DNA from: an uncultured Gammaproteobacteria bacterium
Lineage (GTDB): Bacteria; Patescibacteriota; Microgenomatia; UBA8517; UBA10165
Assembly: GCA_964472675.1 (NCBI GenBank)
Contig: CAYYLO010000001.1
Location: forward strand, 21,704-85,703
Reading direction: 5' to 3'
Length of the DNA stretch: 64,000 nt
Shown here in pieces: positions 1 to 9,648 of this stretch (position 1 is the first letter of the stretch; every line of letters begins with the position of its first letter). Under the pieces are notes generated by a model. The model made no database searches. It was given only the letters and a program-made list of their open reading frames with translations, and was not told the DNA's origin. Position numbers and translations under genes: made by a program.

Positions 1-814
1 TGAGTGGTCTGGAGCTTTGGATGCGCTGCGCGTTTCTGACTTTGGAGTTATTTTAAAAATAAAATATCTCCTCATTTTTAATACTGTAGTTAGATACCTT
101 ACTTGGCTTGAGGGAATACTTCTTAAAAGAGCTGATATTGTTATAACAAATTATAAGTCAACAGAAGAGATAATTAAGAAACAATTTGGGATCAATCATT
201 CTAGATTTAAGAGAGCAGCTTTTACAGTTGGAGTTTATGCAAGAAATGCTGCAAAAGAAGAAAAAAACAACCTGAAACTTCCCAAAAAATATATGCTTTT
301 TTTCTCAAGACACGATCCTAGAAAAGGAGTTAATTTTATGCTTCATGCAATGAAAATATTAGAAGATCAAGGATTCAAGGTTCCACTGCTTATTGGGGGA
401 ACCGGAGATGTGTTTGAAGCAAACAAAAGACTTGCTGAAAAATTAGAACTTAAACATGTTGAGTTTTTAGGATTCGTTGCTGACACAAAACCTTTACTTA
501 AAAATACGAGTGCCTTTGTTTTTCCAACTATGGAGGAAGGGGCCGGAGCTCTTACTATCAACGAAGCGATGTCTCTTGGAGCACCAATTGTTTCAACGGC
601 TTGTGACGGGATTGTTGAAGATATTGATAATGAGAAGTCTGGGCTACTTGTTCCTATGGGAGATGCTGTAGCTTTAGCTAAGGGAATGAGTAGGTTAATA
701 GGAAATCCAACGTTCGCAAAAACTCTTGGAAAAAACGCAAAAGTCGAATATCAAAAAAGATTTAATTTTGAGAGAATGGAGAGAGATATTAAAAATATTC
801 TTACGAGAACTTAA
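1..814 (+). CDS. GT4-family glycosyltransferase, 5'-truncated by window edge (C-terminal Glycos_transf_1 domain)
   Basis: Frame is open to the window start (track begins at a TTG at 17). C-terminal motifs FPTMEEGAGALTINEAMSLGAPIVST and LLVPMGD are typical of GT4 retaining glycosyltransferases. Confidence 0.8.
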   Translation, partial: EWSGALDALRVSDFGVILKIKYLLIFNTVVRYLTWLEGILLKRADIVITNYKSTEEIIKKQFGINHSRFKRAAFTVGVYARNAAKEEKNNLKLPKKYMLFFSRHDPRKGVNFMLHAMKILEDQGFKVPLLIGGTGDVFEANKRLAEKLELKHVEFLGFVADTKPLLKNTSAFVFPTMEEGAGALTINEAMSLGAPIVSTACDGIVEDIDNEKSGLLVPMGDAVALAKGMSRLIGNPTFAKTLGKNAKVEYQKRFNFERMERDIKNILTRT

Positions 815-1561
815 GTGAATACCTCTTACTCAACGTCGCACAGCCATATTCTTCAAAAGAAAGACCGCATGCGGGTAGCAGAACAGCTACTTGCAATCCT
901 CAGGGATAGATATACGCTCAGGGCATTGAAAAATTTAAATGTGCTAGATTATGGATGTTCGAGCGGGGTTATTACTAGATATCTATCTAGGTACTTTGCG
1001 AAAACAACAGGATATGATGTAGACAGAGAAGCCATAGAACAAGCAAAGCGGGACTGCAAGAAATCCAATCTCTCCTTTTACCTGGGACAGGGTATTCAAT
1101 TACCTTACGAAGATTCTACTTTTGATCTGGTAATTTGCAATCAGGTTTATTCATATCTTGATGACCCCCGCTTCATGATGAAGGAAATTCACCGCGTTCT
1201 GAAAAGTAACGGGTTTTGCCTTTTCACTGGAGATAACTTACTCAGACTTGTCGAACCTCTCTACGGAATACCCTTCATAAGATGGATACCTAGAAGTTGG
1301 ACTTCTTTAATATTAAAATTTATTGGACACAAAAATATATACCTTGGTAAATACAAAAGTTACTGGGGCATGAAAGAACTTTTCAAAGGATTTACTATTA
1401 ACGACTACACATTGAAGGTATTAAGAAACCCTAGGCAATTTAAATATTCTAAACTATATCGTTATGAGAGTTTTATACAAGCTGTTCCGTTCTTTTTCTT
1501 TGTAATACTAAAGCCGTTTTCCCCTAGCTTCATTTATATTCTTAAAAAAGATTCTAATTAG
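815..1561 (+). CDS. Class I SAM-dependent methyltransferase
   Basis: Motif I VLDYGCSSG and downstream DLVICNQV / RVLKSNGFCLF (Methyltransf_11-like). GTG start at 815 directly after the upstream stop; an alternative ATG (MRVAEQ) lies near 869. Confidence 0.75.
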   Translation: MNTSYSTSHSHILQKKDRMRVAEQLLAILRDRYTLRALKNLNVLDYGCSSGVITRYLSRYFAKTTGYDVDREAIEQAKRDCKKSNLSFYLGQGIQLPYEDSTFDLVICNQVYSYLDDPRFMMKEIHRVLKSNGFCLFTGDNLLRLVEPLYGIPFIRWIPRSWTSLILKFIGHKNIYLGKYKSYWGMKELFKGFTINDYTLKVLRNPRQFKYSKLYRYESFIQAVPFFFFVILKPFSPSFIYILKKDSN

Positions 1562-2480
1562 CTTGGTTTCTTTTTTGGATCGAGAGTGAGGTGAGTGCAA
1601 TCAGGAGTTCACTCGCAACAAGTGATAACCGAAAAATGATTGCAACAAGAACTCCAATATGAAGTGGTACAAATTTAGAAATTAACCCTGCCATAGAAAT
1701 CTCTTGGACACCTAGTCCGCCTGGTGCGAAGAGAGATATATAACCCAGTATCCAAGATGAAGCAAAGATTGCAACAAAACTTGGAATTAACTGAAATGAT
1801 AAGCTCTGGACTAAGTTGCTAATAAAAAATACTGTTAATCCTGCAAAGATGTATTGGAGAAAATACACTGCACAAATGATTGGGGTGTAGTTTTTGTTAA
1901 AAACAAAATCTGAAGTTTCAATGTTTCTTTTAAAGAGTCTATTGATGATTTGTGCGATCAAAGAGAGCAGGCCTTGGTTAAACAGTATTACCATGAGCAA
2001 AAACGGGGGGGCTGCTAGCAACACTAAACTTGCAAACTTGGGAAGATTTATTAAGTCGTTTCTTATGTACAACATAGTTCCAATCAACATAAGACCCGTA
2101 AATAGGTTAAATACGATCTCCAAAAGGACAGTTGCAGAGGACTGCATCACTGAGGAGTTTGTTTCCTTACTTGTTAGATAGGAGCGGCCAACGTACTGCC
2201 AAACAGATCCCGGAAGAAAGCGGCTAAGACTTGAAAAGATCCATATTCGTAAGTTTTGAAGGTAGGTCACTTTAAGCCCGGTAGATTTGGTAATTAGATG
2301 CCACGACAGAACATTGAGAAAGTGTATAGGTATTAACGCAAGAAGTACGAGCGAAACAGAAACGATATTTATTTTCCAATCCACAGCTTTAATTTCTTTG
2401 AGATTTGGGAAAAGCGTGGCAATAACAAAAATTGTTGTAGCTGCTACCACCAAGAAGTAGAGCAGGGACTTGAAACGCAT
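1554..2480 (-). CDS. Flippase-like / lysylphosphatidylglycerol-synthase TM-region family integral membrane protein
   Basis: About 8 predicted TM helices and the C-terminal PGGLGVQE motif characteristic of the UPF0104 / LPG_synthase_TM family, which is commonly co-encoded with GT2 enzymes. Confidence 0.5.
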   Translation of the reverse strand: MRFKSLLYFLVVAATTIFVIATLFPNLKEIKAVDWKINIVSVSLVLLALIPIHFLNVLSWHLITKSTGLKVTYLQNLRIWIFSSLSRFLPGSVWQYVGRSYLTSKETNSSVMQSSATVLLEIVFNLFTGLMLIGTMLYIRNDLINLPKFASLVLLAAPPFLLMVILFNQGLLSLIAQIINRLFKRNIETSDFVFNKNYTPIICAVYFLQYIFAGLTVFFISNLVQSLSFQLIPSFVAIFASSWILGYISLFAPGGLGVQEISMAGLISKFVPLHIGVLVAIIFRLSLVASELLIALTSLSIQKRNQAN

Positions 2481-2482
2481 CT

Positions 2483-3559
2483 TTATGAGAGATTGACTAG
2501 TGACTCTTCTTTTTCCTCGCCTGTTGTAATTTTGAAGGTTTTGGAGTTTACTCTAAGACTAATGCCTGCATTCTTTAGCTCTGCGTTAAGCATTATAGCA
2601 ACCAATTCCTCAAACTTTACTTTTGGTTTCCAGCCTAGTTTCCTCTCTGCTTTGCTTGCGTCACCGAGCAATATATCGACCTCTGCAGGTCTGTAATATT
2701 GCGGATCAATTCTAACATAAGACTTCCAATTTAGTCCCGCCAGTTCAAAGGCATACTCCACAAATTCACGTACCGTATGTGTTTCCCCTGTTGCTATAAC
2801 ATAATCTTCAGGTTCGTCTTGCTGAAGCATCGTCCACATCGCCTGTACGTACTCCTTTGCGAAGCCCCAATCTCTTTTAGCATCCAGATTTCCAAGGAAG
2901 AGTTTATCTTGTTTTTTTGCTAAAATATTTACTATGCCAGTAGTAATTTTTCTTGTGACAAAATTTTCCCCACGTCGCGGCGATTCATGGTTAAAAAGTA
3001 TTCCACTACAGGCAAAAATGCCATAAGCTTCGCGATAATTTACTGTCAGGTGGTGTGCCAACACCTTTGCTGCCCCATATGGGCTTCGTGGCATAAACGG
3101 AGTACTCTCGTTTTGAGGAGCAGGTGCCGAACCAAACATCTCACTGCTTGAGGCCTGATAGAATTTAGACTTTAGACCTAAATCTCTGATAGCTTCCAGT
3201 ATTCTCAGGGCGCCTAAACCCACTGTATTGACAGTATATTCTGGAATGTCAAAGCTAATTCTCACGTGACTTTGAGCAGCAAGGTTATAAACTTCATCAG
3301 GTTGTATTTTTTCGAGTAACTTATAGACACTATTTGTATCTGTTAGATCGCCGTAATCAAGATCAAAATTGGGGTTACGCACATGGGAATTAAGATAAAG
3401 GTGATTGATACGGGAAGTATTCATTGAGCTTGATCTTCTAACAATGCCATGTACGCGATAGCCTTTGCGTAGAAGCAGCTCAGAAAGATATGAACCATCT
3501 TGTCCTGTTATGCCTGTAATTAAAGCCGTCTTTTGTCTTGCTTCACCATTCTTTAACAT
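2483..3559 (-). CDS. gmd: GDP-mannose 4,6-dehydratase
   Basis: N-terminal [19 protein letters not shown]ossmann motif, YxxxK SDR-extended signature (SPYGAAK) and NHESPRRG; the whole 358 aa protein is colinear with Gmd. Confidence 0.93.
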   Translation of the reverse strand: MLKNGEARQKTALITGITGQDGSYLSELLLRKGYRVHGIVRRSSSMNTSRINHLYLNSHVRNPNFDLDYGDLTDTNSVYKLLEKIQPDEVYNLAAQSHVRISFDIPEYTVNTVGLGALRILEAIRDLGLKSKFYQASSSEMFGSAPAPQNESTPFMPRSPYGAAKVLAHHLTVNYREAYGIFACSGILFNHESPRRGENFVTRKITTGIVNILAKKQDKLFLGNLDAKRDWGFAKEYVQAMWTMLQQDEPEDYVIATGETHTVREFVEYAFELAGLNWKSYVRIDPQYYRPAEVDILLGDASKAERKLGWKPKVKFEELVAIMLNAELKNAGISLRVNSKTFKITTGEEKEESLVNLS

Positions 3560-4146
3560 TACAATAAGGATTGTATTTCGCTTACTTTATTTAATATAGA
3601 ATCAATCTTATTCTGAACATCTTTACTTGCTTCTAATCTCAAATACGGAAGAAAAACTTTTAAGTTTTCTAGCTGATTTTTTATATTGATTTCAGCATTA
3701 GCATTTATCATGCCTCTTGGGTTGCTTTCTTTTATCTTTTTTGCAGCTATAGACAAAGAATTCTCCATTTTGTTTAAGGTTTTTTGAAGAGCATCTTCCT
3801 TGTTCGCCTTATAAAGCTTTTCAGCTTCTACTACTCTTTTCGTTGCAAGTTGAACTTCGTAATCTGCTCTTTTTGAGCCTTTAAATATCAAAAACCCCCT
3901 AGCTCTCTCTTTTAGTTCTTTGACAAAATATAACTTATCGTCTGCAGTCCTACCTGCTACAACCGGCCAAAAAAGAGTATATGAATCAACTAATGTTGGT
4001 GTGGGTGTAGGTGTAGGGGACGGGAAAATAGTAGTCGGTGCTATCTTTTTATATGCTGTCTTAGCCAAAAGTGGCGATATGTTTGAAAAAGCAAGGATAA
4101 AAGAAATGAATGAAGCGCAAAGTAAGATTAATGTTTTCCCTCTCAT
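3559..4146 (-). CDS. Hypothetical secreted protein with a signal peptide and PTPTPTPT linker
   Basis: Probable start at internal ATG ([19 protein letters not shown] signal peptide; track ORF begins at a TTG at 4182). SPTPTPTPT low-complexity linker followed by a coiled-coil-rich C-terminus; no recognisable catalytic domain. Confidence 0.4.
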   Translation of the reverse strand: MRGKTLILLCASFISFILAFSNISPLLAKTAYKKIAPTTIFPSPTPTPTPTLVDSYTLFWPVVAGRTADDKLYFVKELKERARGFLIFKGSKRADYEVQLATKRVVEAEKLYKANKEDALQKTLNKMENSLSIAAKKIKESNPRGMINANAEINIKNQLENLKVFLPYLRLEASKDVQNKIDSILNKVSEIQSLL

Positions 4147-4178
4147 AATGAGAATCGTATAACAACAGAAAGATAAAC

Positions 4179-5297
4179 TCAAGAGCTAACTTTTAGAATT
4201 AACCTTTTACTTAAACTTAACGATTTTTCCCAAGAAAAATTATTGCTCCACTCAACGGCTCCTTTTGAAAGCATCTTATCCAGAGCTTGATTTGTCAATA
4301 TCTTAAATGTATTCTCCGCGAGCTCTTGGGGAAAGTTCTCCTTGCACAAAATACCACTTTGACCGTCTCTCACAGAATCTACAAGGCCGGCAGTTTTGTA
4401 GGCGACTACAGGCGTTCCCATCCTGTTAGCCTCAATATTAACAAGTCCCCATCCTTCTCGAACTGAAGGATTAATCAGGACATGGGAGCGAGCAAGAAAA
4501 TTAAATTTTTCCTTTTCGCTTACAAAACCAAAAAATTTTATGTTTTTTTCAACTTTTAAGGATGCAGCTAACATTTTTAAATATGCAACGTACTTCGGAG
4601 CTCCACTTCCTAATACCCAAAACCGGAATCTTCCCTTCCTATTTAATAGAGCAAAAGCCTTAATGGCATCCTCAATTCCCTTGTCGCGTGCCAGAGCTCC
4701 CAAAAAAGTAACAGTTTTTATTCTCTCCTTCTGTGGCAATTTTGTTGAGGCATTAATTATCACCCCGTGTGGAATTACTGTAATATTATTCGCAGGTATA
4801 CCCATCTTCACAAGATCATACTTAGCAGATCGGGAGCCAGTCATGAATGGTATTCGTTTATAAAACCAAAAAAACACAGGCTCTGTTAGGTAACCAAACC
4901 AACCCACAATCCAGTTAAAGGGTTTAGGGAGATGGTTAAGAAGCCAAACTTCTCTTGCCACTTCCTGTAAAACGGCAAGCTTTGGTACATGTATGTAAAG
5001 CGGAGTGAAGAACGGCAATCCGTGAAACTGGTCAACCACTAAGTTATATCTTGGGTGGTCACCGAATAAATACCAAAAGAAAGCCATGATTTGAACCCCC
5101 AGAAGCTGATAACCTTTCCTTACAATTTTTACACCATCTACATATTCTTCCTTTGAACTGCTGGAGAACGCTGAAGAAAACAGAGTTACATTATGCCCTG
5201 CTTGTATCCATCCCTTTATATGCTCGTGCATCACCTGCTCTGCCCCACCAGACATAGGATGTCTTGGATCACGCCATGATAGTACTAATATGTTCAT
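4179..5297 (-). CDS. GT4-family glycosyltransferase
   Basis: MNILVLSWRDPRHPMSGGAEQ N-terminus and C-terminal INPSVREGWGLVNIEANRMGTPVVAYKTAGLVDSV (the E-x7-E GT4 region). Confidence 0.85.
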   Translation of the reverse strand: MNILVLSWRDPRHPMSGGAEQVMHEHIKGWIQAGHNVTLFSSAFSSSSKEEYVDGVKIVRKGYQLLGVQIMAFFWYLFGDHPRYNLVVDQFHGLPFFTPLYIHVPKLAVLQEVAREVWLLNHLPKPFNWIVGWFGYLTEPVFFWFYKRIPFMTGSRSAKYDLVKMGIPANNITVIPHGVIINASTKLPQKERIKTVTFLGALARDKGIEDAIKAFALLNRKGRFRFWVLGSGAPKYVAYLKMLAASLKVEKNIKFFGFVSEKEKFNFLARSHVLINPSVREGWGLVNIEANRMGTPVVAYKTAGLVDSVRDGQSGILCKENFPQELAENTFKILTNQALDKMLSKGAVEWSNNFSWEKSLSLSKRLILKVSS

Positions 5298-5315
5298 ATC
5301 TCCAGGGAACTGACT

Positions 5316-6116
5316 TCAAGAGAGTGTTTTAGCCAGCAGAATCTTCAAATCAGGGTCTATTAACCATTTGCTTTTATTTTTATTATCGTAATAATGGAGT
5401 ATCTTCAGACGATAATATACTGCTAAAGTGTCCCACAGCATGTTAAAAACTACTCGTCTTGAAATTCCACTATTAGTGCTATCAAAAGTTACCTCAATAG
5501 GGGCCTCATAGATTCTTTTAAATCCCAGATAATTGGCAACTGCTAAAAGCTCTATATCCATAGCGTACCTCTTGACGAGAAGACGAGGAAGTATTACTTG
5601 CACTACATTTCGTTTAAAGAGCTTTATCCCACTTTGTGTATCTGTTAAGTGTAGGCCGAATAAAAGTTTCACAATCGCATGGTAACCAACACTCAGCAAG
5701 CGACGAATCAGTGGATAGTTAACACGCGAAGCTGAGTGTCGTTTTGAGCCTACTACTATGTCAGCGTTATACCATTCCATGTGAGCGATTAGCATCATTA
5801 TCCCCTTTGGGCTAATATCCATGCCCGCATCTAAAAACGAAACCAGCTCTCCTTTGGAATGAGCGAATCCGTATCTGACTGCATAACCTTTACCCCTGTT
5901 TGTGTCATAACCGATTACCTTTATTTTTCTTGATCCGGCTTTTTCCGCTTCTTTCCATGTATTGTCTAACTTGCCGTCAATAACACAAATAATTTCATAA
6001 TCGTAGTCTTTAAGCCCTTGGGAAAGCGTTCGGTCGATATTTTCTAAGTCCCTTTTAATTGTCTTTTCTTGCTTATAGGCCGGAACAATAATGGATAAAC
6101 GTTTTTCTATTCTCAT
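5316..6116 (-). CDS. GT2 polyprenyl-phosphate sugar synthase (Dpm1/GtrB-like)
   Basis: SIIVPAYKQE ... DGKLDNT ... TDTQSGIKLFKRNVV, typical of dolichyl/undecaprenyl-phosphate mannose or glucose synthases that supply GT-C enzymes. Confidence 0.85.
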   Translation of the reverse strand: MRIEKRLSIIVPAYKQEKTIKRDLENIDRTLSQGLKDYDYEIICVIDGKLDNTWKEAEKAGSRKIKVIGYDTNRGKGYAVRYGFAHSKGELVSFLDAGMDISPKGIMMLIAHMEWYNADIVVGSKRHSASRVNYPLIRRLLSVGYHAIVKLLFGLHLTDTQSGIKLFKRNVVQVILPRLLVKRYAMDIELLAVANYLGFKRIYEAPIEVTFDSTNSGISRRVVFNMLWDTLAVYYRLKILHYYDNKNKSKWLIDPDLKILLAKTLS

Positions 6117-7367
6117 TTATCGAGTTTTATCGTGATATGGAAAGTATATGGAAAGACTTACAACTAGTAAAGCTGCCACAATAATAGATACCTGAATAAC
6201 ATTAATAAGTGTTGTGTGGAATAGTAAAATAAGCACAATTTGCAAGCAAGCAGCACTAGCAAATAACCACACTATTCTGGTCTTGCCAATAGATAAGTAA
6301 AATTGGGTAAATAATATTGCTGCCCCCAAGAGTAGCATGTATAAGCCAAACCACCACAAAAGGTATGATTCCTGCAGATATTTGGGAGCTAACACCTGAG
6401 TAATCATTGACCCAAACACCACATATAGTAAAACTATTACGGAAGATAAACCCACAATAAAAAATAGACTTAAGTAAAAAATTTTGTGGTACTTTTCACC
6501 TCCAGCATGTTTCTTTGCAACCAAGGGGAACATCGCATGTGTTACAGGGGCTGCTGCAAACATAGCAATTGTGCCAAACTTTGCCAAAGCAGCATACGCC
6601 CCTGCTATCTCAGGAAGAAAAAAATGCTTAACAAGTAGTATGTCTGAAGAGTACATGGAAGTAACTGCAATACTTTGTACAAGAACTGGAATGGAATATT
6701 TAGCCAAAGGTTTTATGTCAGGCATAGGTTTTCTATTGCCGGATATTTTGTTTTTAAGAGAAAACCAAACGACCACAACGCCCGCTACAACAGCAATAAA
6801 CAGCGCTGCCATCGCTCCAAAGAGCTCGTACCCCAAGTAAATAAAGGTAAACGTTAGAACAATTTTTATCACTACTTCCACGATCATACTTACAGCAAGG
6901 TGAGCAAACTTAATAAATCCTTGCAAAAGAGCTCGTCCTGTATTTGAGATAAAAGCAACAAACACAACAGGTGCAAACAAATAAATTGCACGAGCTTGTG
7001 TTATTTGCAAAAACTCGGAGAGAAAAGGGGTCAGTACGAATATAAAAATAGCTGTTCCTCCTGCAATCCAGAAACTCCAAAAGAAAACCCACTTTGCCAG
7101 GTTATTAGCTGCTTTGTCGTCTTTTTCTGACGCTATAAATTTCACTATAGCTAATCCTAGAGATTGCTGAACAATTGCAAGCAAGCCAAATATAGAAATT
7201 ATGGCAGCCAGGTCACCATAATGAGATTTACTAAGAAGATTAATTGCTAAATAATGGTATATCAATTGCCCCACATTATGGATATTTGTTCCAATAAACA
7301 TGATTAGACTCCCCATGATAAAGGGATTTTTAAAAGAACTCCTGGTGCGGTCAATTATTTTTTTCAT
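6117..7367 (-). CDS. Wzx-like oligosaccharide flippase (MOP superfamily polysaccharide biosynthesis protein)
   Basis: About 12-14 TM helices and a Wzx-like N-terminus (KNPFIMGSLIMFIGTNIHNVGQLIYHYLAINLLSKSHYGDLAAI). Start placed at the ATG forming an ATGA overlap with the upstream stop (7364-7367); track ORF extends to 7442. Confidence 0.7.
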   Translation of the reverse strand: MKKIIDRTRSSFKNPFIMGSLIMFIGTNIHNVGQLIYHYLAINLLSKSHYGDLAAIISIFGLLAIVQQSLGLAIVKFIASEKDDKAANNLAKWVFFWSFWIAGGTAIFIFVLTPFLSEFLQITQARAIYLFAPVVFVAFISNTGRALLQGFIKFAHLAVSMIVEVVIKIVLTFTFIYLGYELFGAMAALFIAVVAGVVVVWFSLKNKISGNRKPMPDIKPLAKYSIPVLVQSIAVTSMYSSDILLVKHFFLPEIAGAYAALAKFGTIAMFAAAPVTHAMFPLVAKKHAGGEKYHKIFYLSLFFIVGLSSVIVLLYVVFGSMITQVLAPKYLQESYLLWWFGLYMLLLGAAILFTQFYLSIGKTRIVWLFASAACLQIVLILLFHTTLINVIQVSIIVAALLVVSLSIYFPYHDKTR

Positions 7368-8533
7368 CCTACCCAATAGCCTCGAACAAAAAGAGCTGTT
7401 TCTGTTGCCAAAATAACCACAAACATAAGTACTAGACCCCACCTATCACTCCTTTTGGGCTCAGCCAGCATTCTGCCGAATAAAATAAAAAGAGGGAACA
7501 AAACAATTATGTAGCGTGGCAAAGAGCTAAAACTACCTGTTATTGTAGCGAGAAAGAAGCCCAAAACACAGTAGATCAAATATGACAGTCTAAGTTTCTT
7601 TATAAACCCATACACAATCAATGCCAATGCACCTAGAGCAGATAGAAACTCAACCCATATTGTAATATAAATAGGACTGCTTTTATCTACAGTGACAATC
7701 ATCTTAATATATCTCCAAAAGACTTGTGGGAACAAAACAATTTTACCCAACTGCCTTTGCTCGCCATAAGGAGACAGTTCACTATAAAAAGTGAACGGGC
7801 TGCCTGTTGTTTTGTACAGGTAAAACATATATACAAAAAGTCCTGATAAGCTAAAAAATGCTACTGCTGTCGCCAGGAGTATTTTGGCATAAGAAAATCT
7901 TTGAGATCTAAACTGTAACCACCATTCAACCTGTAAAGCAGGCGCTAAAGCAACTCCAAAAACTCTAGTAGCTGAGGCCAATCCTCCCGCTAAACCACTG
8001 CATATCCATTTACCGTTCCTTGCCAATAGAAAACTAAACAGTGCTAAAAATAGAAAAAGCGACCCTGTGTATGTGGAAGCAAAAAAAAATGATGCAGGGA
8101 AAGAAACTAAAGAAACTAAAGACCACCAGGCAACTTTTTCAGAGTAATCAAGCCTTACCAACTTCCAAAGCAAAAAGAGGTCTGCTAAAAAAAATATATT
8201 CGAGACTAACAAACCCGCCCACGCGATTTTTTCAATTCCTCGTGGGGCAATAAAATGCAAAACCAGCGGAAAGAAAGGGAAAAAGGAGTGCTCTAACGCT
8301 TTATAGCCGTTTTGAGCAATTGAAATATAATGTTCCCCATCAAAATTGCTCCACCCCCAAAATAAAGGGTTATCTAAATAATTGTCAATGCTGCCGCCTA
8401 AAAAGTTTTTACTTGCTAGCGGTAAATAAATTACTCCTATAAGGGCAAACACAGTAATCCAAACCCGCCAGGCGAGAAAAAGAAGAAGGATGGAAACAGT
8501 ATTCTTACTTACCCAAGACTTTTTTATATACAT
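7364..8533 (-). CDS. GT-C fold integral membrane glycosyltransferase, PIG-V(GT76)/mannosyltransferase-like
   Basis: Multi-TM protein with first-loop motif FDGEHYISIAQNGY and FPFFPL, reminiscent of PIG-V-type mannosyltransferases; paralogous to the 61637..62839 protein (YDGPYYIVVAKTLY, YPLFPLL). Confidence 0.5.
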   Translation of the reverse strand: MYIKKSWVSKNTVSILLLFLAWRVWITVFALIGVIYLPLASKNFLGGSIDNYLDNPLFWGWSNFDGEHYISIAQNGYKALEHSFFPFFPLVLHFIAPRGIEKIAWAGLLVSNIFFLADLFLLWKLVRLDYSEKVAWWSLVSLVSFPASFFFASTYTGSLFLFLALFSFLLARNGKWICSGLAGGLASATRVFGVALAPALQVEWWLQFRSQRFSYAKILLATAVAFFSLSGLFVYMFYLYKTTGSPFTFYSELSPYGEQRQLGKIVLFPQVFWRYIKMIVTVDKSSPIYITIWVEFLSALGALALIVYGFIKKLRLSYLIYCVLGFFLATITGSFSSLPRYIIVLFPLFILFGRMLAEPKRSDRWGLVLMFVVILATETALFVRGYWVG

Positions 8534-9635
8534 TGATTGTGTCAGAAGCGGTTTTGCTCCAGGAAAACTCTCTTACTTTCTCAAAACCAGCTTGAATCAG
8601 TTCTTTTTTCAGATTAGTATCACTTATAACTTTTTCTAGACCTGCTGCCAACGCTTGCACATTTTTTGGATTCACAAATAGTGCTGCTCCCTCACCTATC
8701 TCAGTCAACGCCTGAGTTTCTCCTGCAACAACGGGAGTACCACAGGCCATCGCCTCCAATACCGGAAATCCAAAACCTTCGTAAAACGAGGGCTGGCAGT
8801 AAACCTCTGCTAAATTATAAATCTTTACCAAGTCTTCATCCGACACAAAGCCCAACATGTGCACCTTGTCTTCCATCTGAAATTCCCCAATCAACCGACG
8901 TATTTCTCTGGCCTCGTCGGTTTCACCTTCGAAGGCTTTACCCACCAGAACAAGATGAGTGGTGAGTGGTAAGTGGTGAGCAACTAGAGAAAATGCACGT
9001 ATAAGTCCTGGAATATTTTTGTTGTAATTGATATCTCCAACGTACAACGCAAAACGCTCCGGTAAACCGTAGCGTTTTATAATTTCCAATTTCCAATTTC
9101 GCGCCGCCGGCAAAGCCTTTGGCGACGCACGGCCAATTTCCAATTTTCGGAGCAGAGGATTGGGGGCAAAGTGCGTGACAAAAATTTTGCCTGCAGGAAT
9201 ATCCAAAAAGCGCACCACATCTTTTTTTGTAGTTTCGGTATTTACAATAACTGCATCCGCCTTTTGCAGCCTTTTCTTTTGACCAGAAAACCTTAATCTT
9301 CCGCGAACCCCTGCAGGAAAATGCTCGGGATAAATCAGAGGGTGAGTATCATGAACCGTAACTACTATTGGAACGTTATTCCTATCAGGCAATGTATTAA
9401 AGAAAAAATCAAAGTACGGATAGTGAATGATATCATGGTGATCTTTCTCCTCCACTAGTTCAACACCCTTTTGTTCTTTTAGCGCCCGCAATAGTTGAAT
9501 GGCGTAGCGGCCCATGCCGCGTACAGCATGACCTGGGATAGTGGGGTTCGAGTCGAGAAAGACTCGAACCAGTGGCGAGTGGTTAGTGGTTGGTGGTTGG
9601 TGTTGCTTTGTATTATCCATAAATGCAATTCCCAT
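8505..9635 (-). CDS. GT4-family glycosyltransferase
   Basis: GMGRYAIQLL (GT4 GIGRY-type N-terminus), LYVGDINYNKNIPGLIRAF, EGFGFPVLEAMACGTPVVAGETQALTEIG. The N-terminal ~40 aa is low-complexity and overlaps a hairpin plus heptamer repeats, so the true start is uncertain. Confidence 0.85.
   Translation of the reverse strand: MGIAFMDNTKQHQPPTTNHSPLVRVFLDSNPTIPGHAVRGMGRYAIQLLRALKEQKGVELVEEKDHHDIIHYPYFDFFFNTLPDRNNVPIVVTVHDTHPLIYPEHFPAGVRGRLRFSGQKKRLQKADAVIVNTETTKKDVVRFLDIPAGKIFVTHFAPNPLLRKLEIGRASPKALPAARNWKLEIIKRYGLPERFALYVGDINYNKNIPGLIRAFSLVAHHLPLTTHLVLVGKAFEGETDEAREIRRLIGEFQMEDKVHMLGFVSDEDLVKIYNLAEVYCQPSFYEGFGFPVLEAMACGTPVVAGETQALTEIGEGAALFVNPKNVQALAAGLEKVISDTNLKKELIQAGFEKVREFSWSKTASDTINVYKKVLGK
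9081..9147. repeat. Two copies of aatttccaattt(c/t) (complement of GGAAATTGGAAATT) flanking a 32-nt GC-rich segment inside the GT4 gene
   Basis: 9081-9100 aatttccaatttccaatttc; 9133-9147 ccaatttccaatttt; between them gcgccgccggcaaagcctttggcgacgcacgg. The protein reads RKLEIGRASPKALPAARNWKLEI. Confidence 0.7.
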
Positions 9636-9648
9636 CGCTCATCACCCT

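Noticed and set aside
1894-2181. Small ORFs antisense to larger genes (also e.g. 29350..29856, 32820..33353, 22662..23060, 53488..54003, 63106..63588, 63207..63569)
   Set aside because: They lie wholly inside well-supported CDSs on the opposite strand, have no motifs, and reflect composition-driven open frames (the 63.1-63.6 kb ones are typical GC-rich shadow ORFs of pyrF).
8953-8980. gtgagtg/gtaagtg heptamer run (and gtggtt(a/g) run at 9571-9600) as an independent repeat family
   Set aside because: Only weakly repeated and confined to one gene; probably local slippage. Mentioned under the 9081-9147 finding rather than called as a feature.
9544-9571. gggttcgagtc... resembling a tRNA T-arm
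   Set aside because: It is a 10-bp perfect hairpin (ggttcgagtc/gactcgaacc) without acceptor, D or anticodon arms, and it lies inside the GT4 ORF; not a tRNA.
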